From Deferrisomatales bacterium (GTDB lineage: Bacteria; Desulfobacterota; Deferrisomatia; Deferrisomatales; JACRMM01): 64,000 nt of DNA. The position numbers and the translations under genes were made by a program. The first letter of the stretch is position 1. Every line of letters starts with the position of its first letter. Positions 18,782 to 28,750 of the stretch are shown here, piece after piece. A model generated the notes under the pieces. It had not been told where the DNA came from. It saw only the letters and a list, made by a program, of their open reading frames with translations, and searched no databases. The DNA lies in the NCBI GenBank assembly GCA_033551855.1, contig JAWSUI010000006.1, forward strand, positions 43,189 through 107,188. Reading direction: 5' to 3'.

Positions 18782-19426
18782 ATGCAAATTCGATTTCAAG
18801 GCGTTCCCGCTCTTGCCACAGCACTACTCGGATTGCTCATCATCCTGCCCGCTTGCGCAACCACCGGGCGGGATCGGGCCACAAAGACAACTGCGTCGAT
18901 AACGGCTGTGGAATCAGACTACAAGGAAGCTTCGAATCAAATTGATGCAACCAATTCATCGTTGCTGGAGCTTATCCAACCTATCCAGCAAAACGTAAAA
19001 AAAGCCTACAGTGATTACGCTGCCAACGTGAATAAGACCGAGAAGCTGGCCACGCAGCTGCACCGCCACACAGAACAGATGACCCTACGACGCGATGCCT
19101 ACTTCACCGAGTGGGAAGGTGAGTACACGAGCCCCGCGATCCGGGAGCTCGGGGAACGGCGCCGTATGGAGCTGAAGGCGGTGTACGCGCAAATCCCCGA
19201 GGCCAGCATTGGACTCAGGGGCGACCTCGCGTCCTATGTCACGGATATCCGGGAGATCGAGATGTATCTCTCGAACGACCTCACGCCCCAGGGAATCCAA
19301 GCCATCCGGCCGATCGCCCAGAGGGCGGTGAAGGACGGCGAGAGCGTGAAGGAGGGGATTCACCGCGTTCTGCTCGCCATCGGCCGCGTCCAAACCGAGA
19401 TGGGTCAAGGCGGAATGAAGCAGTGA
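18782..19426 (+). CDS. Helical lipoprotein, DUF2959-like
   Basis: Lipobox LPAC; YF.EW and YLSNDLTP.GI motifs; coiled-coil character. Confidence 0.7.
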   Translation: MQIRFQGVPALATALLGLLIILPACATTGRDRATKTTASITAVESDYKEASNQIDATNSSLLELIQPIQQNVKKAYSDYAANVNKTEKLATQLHRHTEQMTLRRDAYFTEWEGEYTSPAIRELGERRRMELKAVYAQIPEASIGLRGDLASYVTDIREIEMYLSNDLTPQGIQAIRPIAQRAVKDGESVKEGIHRVLLAIGRVQTEMGQGGMKQ

Positions 19427-19709
19427 CCCCGGTGACGGCGGGGCGGATTCCGCCCGGCGCCCCGCCTGCGGGGTCGACAAGGATTCGAATCTTGCCCCCG
19501 TGGAGAAAGTGCAGACAGGTGTCAATCGGATAGAATTTGTAGCCACTTGGATATATCGATGCAATCCGTCGTTGACCGGGGGCCGATTTGCTGAAGAATC
19601 AAGAGTATCGACTGGTTTTCTCAACAAATCGACGGATGGATCTTTTCTTTGTATGTTTCTTTGATACTCAAGCGCTCCAATGGGTAACGCCACTTGGAAG
19701 GAGAAAACC

Positions 19710-19859
19710 ATGCTGTGGACAATTGTTGTAGTTCTGATCGTTCTGTGGCTTTTGGGCTTGGTGAGCAGCTACACCATGGGAGGCTTAATCCATGTTTTGC
19801 TGGTGATCGCCGTTATTGTGGTGCTGCTCAATCTGATTCAAGGCCGCAGGGTCCGGTAG
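19710..19859 (+). CDS. lmo0937-family small membrane protein, copy 1 (49 aa)
   Basis: Not in the ORF track. MLWTIVVVLIVLWLLGLVSSYTMGGLIHVLLVIAVIVVLLNLIQGRRVR; AAGGAG RBS. Confidence 0.9.
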   Translation: MLWTIVVVLIVLWLLGLVSSYTMGGLIHVLLVIAVIVVLLNLIQGRRVR

Positions 19860-19879
19860 GAGCCAGGAGGAGGGGCAAG

Positions 19880-20026
19880 ATGCTCACGACCATTGCGGTC
19901 GCCTTGGTTGTTCTCTGGTTTCTCGGTCTCGTCACCTCGTACACCATGGGCGGTCTGGTTCACATCTTACTCGTCATAGCAGTCGTCGTGCTCCTGATTC
20001 GTGTCCTTCAAGGACGGCGCCTGTAA
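19880..20026 (+). CDS. lmo0937-family small membrane protein, copy 2 (48 aa)
   Basis: MLTTIAVALVVLWFLGLVTSYTMGGLVHILLVIAVVVLLIRVLQGRRL; GGAGGAGG RBS. Confidence 0.9.
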   Translation: MLTTIAVALVVLWFLGLVTSYTMGGLVHILLVIAVVVLLIRVLQGRRL

Positions 20027-20081
20027 CCGCTCTTGGCGCATTGCACACAGAGAGCGAGGGGCAGAGTATCGATTTGATTGT

Positions 20082-20097
20082 TGGTCGCATTGTTGCG
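20082..20097 (+). promoter_or_regulatory. Putative sigma-54 promoter
   Basis: TGGTCGCATTGTTGCG (GG-N10-GC) upstream of ATG 20161. Confidence 0.4.
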
Positions 20098-20160
20098 GTC
20101 CCTTCTTTGTGTGCCACCCGTTGCGCAGATGAGCACCCTCCTTGAATTGGAGACCGCGAA

Positions 20161-20382
20161 ATGAGCGCAGTCAAGATTGCCGCAATCGCGCTGATCGTGG
20201 CCGGAATCCTTGGATTGGTCTACGGCGGGTTCAGCTATACGAAGGGAACGCACGAGGCGAAGCTGGGACCGATCGAGCTGTCGGTGAAGGACCGCCAGCG
20301 GGTGAACGTCCCGGTTTGGGCCGGGGTCGGGGCCATCGTGGCCGGCGGTGCACTCCTGGTCTTTGGGGGCAGGAAAGGATAG
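20161..20382 (+). CDS. Small two-TM membrane protein (DUF3185-like)
   Basis: LIVAGILGLVYGGFSYTK..HEAKLGPIELSV.....VNVPVWAGVGAIVAG; GGAG RBS. Confidence 0.8.
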   Translation: MSAVKIAAIALIVAGILGLVYGGFSYTKGTHEAKLGPIELSVKDRQRVNVPVWAGVGAIVAGGALLVFGGRKG

Positions 20383-20799
20383 GCACCCCGTGGTTCGCCG
20401 AGTGGTTCGCCCGGCAGAGAGCTCCGGGTTCCCAGTAGCGGGGCAGAGGGCGCCTCGTGGGGCACGTGTGGACCGGAGTTCCGGGTCTGGACCCCCGCGA
20501 AAGCGGGGAGCTGAAAGGGGTTCGTCCGCACAACTTGTGCGCCACGGAGGGCTTCCGTATCCACGCAACACGCCGACATGCCCCGTGTTTTCGCGGCTAA
20601 AGCCGCGTCCGCGCAGCCGGACGTGGTCTTGGATCCGGTAGGGACGCCTCGCCGAGGCGTCCGTCGGGGTCCGTCGGGGTCACCATCCAAGAGCACGGCG
20701 CGTTCGGCGACCGCGCCCTACCCTCCGACGTCATCCGTGAAGGGAAGAGGGACAACCCACAGATTCCGCGGACGAACCCTGAAAGGCGACGTGGGTAGC

Positions 20800-21771
20800 A
20801 TGCGGGAAGGAAAGCTTCTGGCATGGGCACTCCTGGTGGTGGCACTTGGTTTCGGGTGCCTTCGCAGCCCCCAGGAGCTCTCCCGAGAGCACAAGGACCG
20901 GGCGCAGGCCTTGGCCGGCAAGTTCCGGGAAGCCTCCGTGGAATACCAGGCCGCGCTCCAGAGGGACCCGGGTGACGTGGAAGCCCTGTTCGGGCTCTCC
21001 CACGTCCTGGACCTCCTGGGACGCCAGGCGGAGAGCGCCCGAGTTCTCCGCAGGGCGATTGCCGCCGAACCCGACAACACCGCGGCCCGTTTGCGTCTCG
21101 CGGAAATCTCGCTGCGCGCCTGCAACTACGCCGAGGCCCTGGGGCTCGCGAGACAGGTTTCGGCCGTCAACCCCGACGACGCCGTGGCCGTTCGGCTGGA
21201 AGCCAGGGCACTGACTGCCTTGGGAGAGCGAGATCCGGCGCGGCTTCGCTGGGAGGCATTGCTCGCTTCGTCCCGGGCGGACACGGCCGCCTACCTCGAT
21301 GCGGCAGCGATGGAAGTCTCGGCCGGAGAGGCCCATCGGGCCGCGGAGCTCTTGCGGGAGGGGCTGGAGAAGTTCCCCGGTTCGGGGCCCTTGCACGTTG
21401 CGCTCGGGGGCATTCTCGCCGAAACAGAGCCCCAGGAGGCGAGGGCCCTGTTCGCGCGTGCCGAGGCTCTTGCCCCCGACGAGGCTCGGGTCTGGGTGAG
21501 CCACGCTCGGGCCCTGGTGCGCCAAGGTGTTCCAGACGAGGGCGTGGCCCTGCTCGCCCAGGCGCAGCGGGCACAGACCGAGCCGCTCCGGGAGGCGGAG
21601 CTGGCCCGGGAACGGGCCCGACTGCTGCTGGAGTTGGGCGAGGGGAGACAGGCCCAGGCCGTGCTCGACGAGGCCCGGGCGCGGCATCCCGAGCACCCCG
21701 GCCTCGCGGTGACCCTGGCCGACGCCCTCATCCTGCAAGGCCGGACCGCCGAGGCCCGCGAGCTCGTAAGA
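20800..21771 (+). pseudogene. TPR-repeat lipoprotein (PrsT-like), truncated by an IS end
   Basis: Lipobox GFGC and tandem TPRs. The frame runs into the IS terminus at 21772 and stops at 21795; no continuation is seen beyond the IS. Confidence 0.7.
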
Positions 21772-22500
21772 CCCGAGTTTGACAGCCGATGCTGACATGT
21801 GGTCGAAATCCCGAGGCATACCGGTGCCTTGCACGCAGGGGCGTTTCCGGTCGTGTATGTAGGCGGTCAGCCGACCCGGAGGATCTCGGGGGGATTGTGG
21901 ATCGCGAGGGATTTCAGGCGGTTGCGTGCTTCGGAGCGGGCCTCGGTGATCTGCCAGACGCTGCCGTGGGGGCTCGACAATTGAGCAAGCTTGATCTGCT
22001 TGAGGTCGTCGCGGATGTTGCGCCAGGTGTCCTGACAGGCGTGCTCCGCGGCCCGCTCCAGGAGCAGCGACAGAACCGTCAGCGCCACGTGGGCGTGGAT
22101 CCGGTGGGGAGCCCAGTGGAAGACGGGCCGGAGCTTGAGGCCGCTCTTGAGAGTGCGCCAGGCCTCCTCCACCCGCATGAGCTGCTTGTAGCCCAGGGCG
22201 AGATCTTCGGCGTGGAGAGTATCGTCGTTGGAGTGGACGACGAACTTCCCGTCGAGGCGCTCGGCGGCGCGCACCTTGGCCCAGGCGATGGAGAGCTGGC
22301 CCGTCTTGCTCTGCCGGAGGTACTTGCCGTAGCGCCCACTGGCTCGCAGCTCGCAGGCCCGCTTGCTGTGCGGCTGCCCCGCGAGGTGTCGCAGAGAGGA
22401 GAGCTCCGCCTCGAGCGCGCCGAGCACCTTGTCCCGGTGGGCCCGCTGGCGCGCCTCTTCCCGGGGGTTGTGGCACACGACGCAGCGGCGCCGGCGCTCG
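21772..22500 (-). mobile_element. IS1634-family element remnant (right end plus transposase C-terminus)
   Basis: Terminus CCCGAGTTTGACAG at 21772-21785, followed by a transposase fragment; the 5' part is missing. Confidence 0.8.
21867..22500 (-). pseudogene. IS1634-family DDE transposase, C-terminal fragment
   Basis: ERRRRCVVCHNP.EA, LDGKFVV.SN, YKQLMRVEEAWRTLKSGLKLRPVFHW..RI.AHV; only about 210 aa remain. Confidence 0.85.
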
Positions 22501-22702
22501 CAGCTGGGCGCCCCTACGGGTGAAGCGGCCGTATTCCCGAGCTCTCAGCCGCTACGCGAACCCACACGGATCGGAACAGAGCCCGGAAACCTCGTGACTG
22601 CCGCCGAACGGGGGGGCGGAGCCCTTGCCCCCCCGGCATGGCCGACCCCGATGGTCTGACGCGGATGGACTCCGAGATGCTGAGTCACAGAGGGAGGGCA
22701 CC

Positions 22703-24118
22703 ATGGGTCAGAGCAAAGATGTCATCATCATAGGTGCGGGGACCGCGGGGCTTTCCGCGTTGCGCGAGGTGCGCAAACGCACCGATAGTTTTCTCCTGAT
22801 CAATGACGGACCTTACGGAACCACCTGTGCGCGAGTAGGCTGCATGCCGTCCAAGGCGCTCATTGAAGCGGCCAACGCTTTTCATCGGCGCCACGCGTTT
22901 GAGGCCTTCGCCATTCGCGGCAGCGAGCATTTGCAGATGGATGTGCCGGGTGTGTTGCGGCGTGTTCGCGCCTTGCGCGACGAATTCGTGGCCGGGGTAC
23001 TCAAGGGCACGCAAGATCTGGGAGAGAAGAATCTGGCGGGACGTGCGCGTCTGCTTGGACCCAATCGTGTCGAGGTCAACGATCGGCAATTCGACGCCCG
23101 AAGCATCATTGTCGCAACGGGAAGCCGCCCCATCATACCAAAGCCATGGAAAGCGTTCGCAGAAAGAATCCTCACATCGGACAGTCTGTTTGAACAGAGG
23201 GATCTTCCGCGACGAATTGCGGTTATCGGTCTGGGTGTGATCGGTGTTGAAATCGCCCAGGCATTGTCGCGCCTCGGGATAGAGGTCACAGCCTTTGAAG
23301 CCGGCAGGCAGCTTGCCGGTCTGAGCGACCCGCAGGTCAATGCCGCTTTTTCCAAGCATCTCCAGCAGGAGTTTCCCTGCCACCTTGGCTCTGAGGCCCA
23401 GGTCACGGCAACCGCCGATGGTCTCCTGGTCAGAAATCAGGAGCATGAGATCGAGGTGGACAAAATACTGGTGGCGATCGGTCGCCAATCCAACATCGAT
23501 GATCTCGGCCTTGAAAACCTTGGGGTCGCCCTGGATCAGCGAGGGATGCCGCCCTTCGATCCGACGACCATGCGGATCGCAGAGCTGCCGGTCTTTCTTG
23601 CCGGCGACGTCAACGGACAGGTTCCCCTGTTGCACGAAGCTGCGGACGAAGGTCACATCGCCGGACTCAACGCAACCCGAGAGACCTGTCACTGTTTCAC
23701 GCGCCGAACGCCACTGGCCATCGTTTTTTGCGATCCCAATGTGGGGATGGTGGGTCAACGTTTCGAGAAGGTGGATGCGAGCTCCGCAATCACCGGGGAA
23801 GCCGACTTCACAAGGCAGGGCCGGGCACGAACGGCTGAAAGCAATAAAGGGCTGATGCACATCTATGCGGAAAAATCGAGCGGACGTCTGCTGGGTGCCG
23901 AAATGTGCGTGCCGGCCGCTGAGCACATGGTGCACCTGCTGGCCCTGGCGATTGAGCGCAACCTGACCGTATGGGAGCTGCTGCGTCTGCCGTTCTACCA
24001 TCCGGTTCTGGAGGAAGGCCTGCGCGGCGCGCTGCGCCAGCTGGCGCAACAACTGCCGGCGGGCGATGAATCGGACCTGGCAACATGCGGCTCATTTCGT
24101 TGTGAGGCCCTTGACTGA
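22703..24118 (+). CDS. Dihydrolipoyl dehydrogenase-like pyridine nucleotide-disulfide oxidoreductase
   Basis: IIGAGTAG, redox-active CARVGCMPSK, ATGS, GLGVIG.E, AGD, YHPVLEE. Confidence 0.9.
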   Translation: MGQSKDVIIIGAGTAGLSALREVRKRTDSFLLINDGPYGTTCARVGCMPSKALIEAANAFHRRHAFEAFAIRGSEHLQMDVPGVLRRVRALRDEFVAGVLKGTQDLGEKNLAGRARLLGPNRVEVNDRQFDARSIIVATGSRPIIPKPWKAFAERILTSDSLFEQRDLPRRIAVIGLGVIGVEIAQALSRLGIEVTAFEAGRQLAGLSDPQVNAAFSKHLQQEFPCHLGSEAQVTATADGLLVRNQEHEIEVDKILVAIGRQSNIDDLGLENLGVALDQRGMPPFDPTTMRIAELPVFLAGDVNGQVPLLHEAADEGHIAGLNATRETCHCFTRRTPLAIVFCDPNVGMVGQRFEKVDASSAITGEADFTRQGRARTAESNKGLMHIYAEKSSGRLLGAEMCVPAAEHMVHLLALAIERNLTVWELLRLPFYHPVLEEGLRGALRQLAQQLPAGDESDLATCGSFRCEALD

Positions 24119-24278
24119 GCCAAGAAACACCCGGCTATTCAAGAAGACAAGAGCCTCACAAATCTCCAGTCAGCTGATGGGAAGTTGCGTTCGAGCGGTC
24201 TGGTGCGCGAGGGGCCCGGAGAGCCTCACGGGGGCGGGGTGCCCCCCCTTCCCCCTCTTGGGGGCTTCGCTGCCCTTT

Positions 24279-24833
24279 TTACAGACCGGCAATTTCGAGC
24301 GCAATCAACAACAACACCAGTCCAACGGCCGCCGGAACGACCACCACCCAATCGTTGACCTTGAAGAGGCGCGGCAGGGTTAGATCCCCAAAGTCACCTT
24401 TGGTCAGAATGCCTGACTTGAGCCTCGGGTAGCGCGCTGCAAACAGGCCGCTGCCGATGGTGATACCGGCCAAGCCCCCCACAAGGGCATCGAGATAGCC
24501 GTTGCCGACCGCACCGGCAATGGTGCCCGGGCAATAGCCAAGCACGGCAAACCCCACCCCGAAAATCAGACCGCCGACAACGTTTATGCCGAGTGACCCC
24601 GACTTGATGGACAGCTCGATCCAGCCGAGGTTCTTCATGGCATAAACGCCGAGCATGCCTGTCACCACCGCCGACAGCATGATTTTCAGCACGGTAAAAT
24701 CCGTTAGAAGCAATTGGCCCAGAATTACATCGTATTTCGTGGCCCCCCCCTTGTGCAGCAGAAAGCCGAAAACGATGCCGAACAGCAATCCAAACGCCAG
24801 TGGGGCCTTGGCCGATTGTTTTTGTTTCCGCAT
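24279..24833 (-). CDS. YeeE/YedE family sulfur-compound transporter subunit
   Basis: GLLFGIVFGFLL.KGG, DFTVLKIM, GGLIFGVGFAVLGYCPGT; start at ATG 24833. Confidence 0.88.
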   Translation of the reverse strand: MRKQKQSAKAPLAFGLLFGIVFGFLLHKGGATKYDVILGQLLLTDFTVLKIMLSAVVTGMLGVYAMKNLGWIELSIKSGSLGINVVGGLIFGVGFAVLGYCPGTIAGAVGNGYLDALVGGLAGITIGSGLFAARYPRLKSGILTKGDFGDLTLPRLFKVNDWVVVVPAAVGLVLLLIALEIAGL

Positions 24834-24844
24834 CACTCTCACCC

Positions 24845-25363
24845 TCAGCCGATGACGTGAAAGATGAATGTGGCCGTCAGAGTCCCGCCGATAAAGAAGC
24901 AGACAGTGGAAATCCAACTCGACACCGCCAACTGCAAGGTGCCGCTGATGCCGTGGCCGCTGGTGCAGCCGTTGGACCAGCGTGCGCCAAAACCAAGGAC
25001 GATGCCGCCCAGCAACGCCACCATCAGGCGCAGCAGGGCGTTGTCGCCAAAGGTCGCCGCCCACCGATCAGGCACCCATTGCCCCTGAAAATCCCCGGAA
25101 AGCAGCGCCGACAGCAGCGCTCCGAGCACAATGCCGCTCACCAGCATGCCCTGCCAGCCCCAGGAGAGCTTGATTTCCCGATAGTAGAGCTTGTCCTCGA
25201 CCTGCGCGCCCCGCACCAGCCGTTCCAGCAGGCCGCTGGCGCGGGCAAAGGTGGTGGAGCAGGCAATGGGTTGCTTCGAGATCAGAAAAGTAAACCAGCT
25301 CAACACGCCGATACCGATCCCCACGACGTAGGGCGACCAGCGCAGCCCGGTTAGAAATTCCAT
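24845..25363 (-). CDS. YeeE/YedE thiosulfate transporter family subunit
   Basis: WSPY..G, FGARWSNGCTSGHGISG. Confidence 0.88.
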   Translation of the reverse strand: MEFLTGLRWSPYVVGIGIGVLSWFTFLISKQPIACSTTFARASGLLERLVRGAQVEDKLYYREIKLSWGWQGMLVSGIVLGALLSALLSGDFQGQWVPDRWAATFGDNALLRLMVALLGGIVLGFGARWSNGCTSGHGISGTLQLAVSSWISTVCFFIGGTLTATFIFHVIG

Positions 25364-25375
25364 GACACCCCCTTC

Positions 25376-26824
25376 TCAGATCCAATGCGTTTCTTGGTCC
25401 ATCACCCCGGAGTAGAATCGCGATCCGTGCGGATTCTCGCAGGCGCGGCACTGTTTGGCATAACCGGCGGCACTGTAGCCCGTCATGCCGCCGGCGACGT
25501 TGGCGACAGCCTTGAACCCATGCTGCAGCAGGATGCTCACCCCGAGACTCGAACGATTGCCGGAACTGCAGATCAACAAGGTCGGCAGGCTCTTGTCCAG
25601 CTCCCCGGAGCGGGTGCGCAGATCGGCCACCGGGATATTGCGCGCCCCTTCGATATGGCTGTCGTCAAACTCGCTCGGGGCGCGAACGTCCACCAACTGA
25701 AACGCCGCCGCCTCGCTCATTCTTGCATGAAGATCTTCCACGGAAAGCTGCGGCACGGCGCGCGACGGCAGCCCCGCCACGGCCCAGCCCGGAATGCCGC
25801 CGTCGAGATAGCCGACGATGCGGTCGACCCCCACGCGCCGCACCCGGCGATTGGCCTCCAGGGCCTTCTGGTAATCCTCGGCCACGAGCAGGATGTCCTT
25901 GTCGGTGGGCAGCACCCACCCGGCAAAGGTGGGGAAGTTGCCGTTGAGATCGAGGTGCCAGGCATCCGGGATGTGCTGGCTGCCGAAGGCATGATAGCTG
26001 CGCGCATCGAGCACGAGCACATCGGATTGCGCCAGGCGCGCCTTGAACGACTTGGCGTCGAGCTCCTCGAGTACGGGAAGTTCGGCGATCAGACGGGGTC
26101 CCTTGCGGTTGATGTCGCTGCAGCGGCTGAAATGATCTGGCGCGGGCGGCATGTCTTCCGTCAGGGACTTGATGAAAGCGGCCTTGTCCTGAATCTGCAG
26201 GGCCGCATTGAAGTTTCGTTCGTAGCCGATGGTGCTCATCTGCTTGGCGCCCATGGCGCGGCCACACAGGGACCCAGCGCCATGGGCCGGATAGACCTCG
26301 CAGCAATCGGGCAGCTTGAGCAGCTTGTCGCGGAGGCTGTGATAGAGCCTTGCGGCCAGCTCCTGGGCCCTGTCCGGAAACAGGTCGGGCCGCCCGACGT
26401 CACCGACGAACAGCGTATCGCCGACAAACACGCCGACGGGGCTTTCGGAGCGCGAGGTGTCCACCACCACATAGCTCAGATGCTCGGGCGTATGGCCCGG
26501 CGTCTCCAGAACCTGCAGGCGCATATCTTCCAGTTCGATTACGTCTCCTTCCACCAGAGGCACGTGCTCGAAGGTGCATTGCGCCGATTTCGCCACATAG
26601 ATTGTGGCTCCGGTCTTTGCCGCCAGCTCCATGTGCCCTGAGACGAAGTCGGCGTGCAGATGGGTTTGCAGGATGTGGGTTACTTTGACGCCCTGGGCAC
26701 GCGCGGCCTTAGTGTAGACTTCCACGTCGCGTTGCGGATCGATGACCGCGCAGTTCTTGCTGCCGGACAGGATGTAAGAGCTATGGGCGATCTTCTCCAC
26801 GAAAATATGTTTTAACAGCATCAT
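25376..26824 (-). CDS. MBL-fold persulfide dioxygenase with two rhodanese domains (CstB-like)
   Basis: THLHADFVSGH, TPGHTPEH, GDTLFVGDVGRPDL, PAHGAGSLCG; C-terminal rhodanese CSSGNRS. Confidence 0.9.
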   Translation of the reverse strand: MMLLKHIFVEKIAHSSYILSGSKNCAVIDPQRDVEVYTKAARAQGVKVTHILQTHLHADFVSGHMELAAKTGATIYVAKSAQCTFEHVPLVEGDVIELEDMRLQVLETPGHTPEHLSYVVVDTSRSESPVGVFVGDTLFVGDVGRPDLFPDRAQELAARLYHSLRDKLLKLPDCCEVYPAHGAGSLCGRAMGAKQMSTIGYERNFNAALQIQDKAAFIKSLTEDMPPAPDHFSRCSDINRKGPRLIAELPVLEELDAKSFKARLAQSDVLVLDARSYHAFGSQHIPDAWHLDLNGNFPTFAGWVLPTDKDILLVAEDYQKALEANRRVRRVGVDRIVGYLDGGIPGWAVAGLPSRAVPQLSVEDLHARMSEAAAFQLVDVRAPSEFDDSHIEGARNIPVADLRTRSGELDKSLPTLLICSSGNRSSLGVSILLQHGFKAVANVAGGMTGYSAAGYAKQCRACENPHGSRFYSGVMDQETHWI

Positions 26825-26851
26825 GTCCTCCCTTGATGTGTACCTGGCGGC

Positions 26852-28642
26852 TTACAGATAAAAGACATAAAAGACGGTGACGACCACAAGAATAAATAGC
26901 AATGTCATGCCGCTGCCGGCCTTGAGATAGTCGCTGTTGCGATACCCTCCCGCCGAAATGAGCATGGCATTGACTTGATGGGTCGGCAGGATGAACGAAT
27001 TGGCGGTGCACACCGCCGCCATCAGCGCCAGGGCCCGCGGATCGAGCCCGCCCTGGTTCGCCATGCTCATGACCAGCGGCGCCAGCACGACGATGGCACC
27101 CACGTTGGAGATGAGCAGGGAGAAGGCGGTGGAGAGCGTCGCCACGCTCAGCACGAGAAAAACCGGATGGGCGCCCTGTACCAGAGCCATGAGCTGCTCT
27201 GCCAGCAGATCGGCCGTGCCCGTCTTCTGCATGGCCAGGCCCAACGGGATGAGCCCGGCGAGCAGGAAAACCACCTTCCAGTCGATGGCCTGATAGGCCT
27301 CCTGCATGCTGAGCACGCGCAGCAGCACCATGGCCAGGGCCCCGGTCAGAAACGCCACGGAGATGGGGGCGCCAGAAAACGCCAGCGCAATCGCCGCCAC
27401 AAAGCAGGCCGCCGCCGGCAGCGCTTTGGCGGGAGCCTTCTTCTCCGTGGTCAGGGGGGTGACGACCACGAAATCCGGAGTCTCCTTGAGCTCGACGATC
27501 TTTTCCCACAAGCCGTACACAAGGAAGGTATCGCCGGTGAGCACCTGATGATCGGAAAAGTCTCCGCGCAGGCCCTCGCCCTTGCTGAACACCATGACGG
27601 GTTCCACGGCATAGCGTTTGCGCAGGGAGAAAGTGCGGATGGACTGACCGACCATGGCGGACCGCGGGGGAATGACGACCTCGGCAAAGCCCGCCTGGCC
27701 GGGATCGCCGAGCCTGGCAAAACGCGCCGGATGCTCCTGGCGCAGCAACTCGAAATCGGCGGCAAAGCGCTCGACATCGGGGGGATCGCCCAGCAACGCC
27801 AGCAGTTGCCCCCCGGCAAAACGGGTCTCACGCCAAGGGGCGTACTCAACATGTTTGTCGTCGGAAAGCCCAAGGATGTTGAGGCGGTAGTCCCCCCACA
27901 CCCCTGCCTGCTCGGGCGTCTTGCCCTGCAACGGGCTACTGGCCGGAATGCGGTAATGGCAAATGTGATGCGGCAGGCGCAGGGCTTCGATGAGTTTTTC
28001 CTGTTCGGAGAGGCCTTGCCCCTCAGGGTGCGCCGCGGGCAGCACGAAGCGCCCGAACAGCACAAAATAGCCGATGCCCGCCGTCAGCAGGGCCAGCCCC
28101 ACGGGGGTCACGCTCAATAAGCCGAAGGGCTCCAGATCGGCGCCGCGCAGCAGATCGTTCATGAGGATCAGCGGACCCGAGCCCACCATGCTCAAGGTGC
28201 CGCCGAGGATGGCGGCAAAGCCGATGGGCATGATCAGGCCGGAGGCCGCCAGCTTGCGGCGCCGTGCGATATCGAGAACCCCGGGCAGAAAAAGCGCCAC
28301 CGCGCCGATATTCTGGATCAACCCCGACATGAGGCCGACCGGTACGGACACCAGGGCGACGATCTTCGAGCGCCTTTCACCGGCCACTCTGAGGATGGCC
28401 CGCGAAAAGCCGTCCATCAGACCGGTGCGCGCCACCCCTCGCCCCATGATCATGACCGCCATCATGGACACCACGGCATTGCTGGAAAAACCCAACAGGG
28501 CTTCCTGCGGCGCCAGAACCCCCGTCCAGGCGAGCGCCAGCAGACACAGGACGGCCACCACGTCGATGCGCAGCAGATCCAGCACCAGCAACACAACCGT
28601 TGCGGCCAGAATGCTCAACACGATCAGGATGGATGAATCCAT
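26852..28642 (-). CDS. SLC13 family di/tricarboxylate/sulfate permease with TrkA-C domains
   Basis: LRIDVVA, GFSS.AV, ILGGTLSMVGS, central TrkA-C repeats, IDWKVVFLLAG, SFILPTHQVN. Confidence 0.9.
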   Translation of the reverse strand: MDSSILIVLSILAATVVLLVLDLLRIDVVAVLCLLALAWTGVLAPQEALLGFSSNAVVSMMAVMIMGRGVARTGLMDGFSRAILRVAGERRSKIVALVSVPVGLMSGLIQNIGAVALFLPGVLDIARRRKLAASGLIMPIGFAAILGGTLSMVGSGPLILMNDLLRGADLEPFGLLSVTPVGLALLTAGIGYFVLFGRFVLPAAHPEGQGLSEQEKLIEALRLPHHICHYRIPASSPLQGKTPEQAGVWGDYRLNILGLSDDKHVEYAPWRETRFAGGQLLALLGDPPDVERFAADFELLRQEHPARFARLGDPGQAGFAEVVIPPRSAMVGQSIRTFSLRKRYAVEPVMVFSKGEGLRGDFSDHQVLTGDTFLVYGLWEKIVELKETPDFVVVTPLTTEKKAPAKALPAAACFVAAIALAFSGAPISVAFLTGALAMVLLRVLSMQEAYQAIDWKVVFLLAGLIPLGLAMQKTGTADLLAEQLMALVQGAHPVFLVLSVATLSTAFSLLISNVGAIVVLAPLVMSMANQGGLDPRALALMAAVCTANSFILPTHQVNAMLISAGGYRNSDYLKAGSGMTLLFILVVVTVFYVFYL

Positions 28643-28750
28643 GAGAAACCACGTTCTTCCACCTGGTGAGCACACAAGAGCGGCGGCCGCCTGGGGGTTG
28701 GAAGCCCTACTGCGAACCCGAGCTAGCCACCGTGTGATGTGACCCGCCTG

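Noticed and set aside
19476..19500. tRNA T-arm-like hairpin (GGATTCGAATC); similar GGTTCGAA at about 7020
   Set aside because: No D-arm, anticodon arm or acceptor stem; the 7020 instance is inside the PKS coding sequence.
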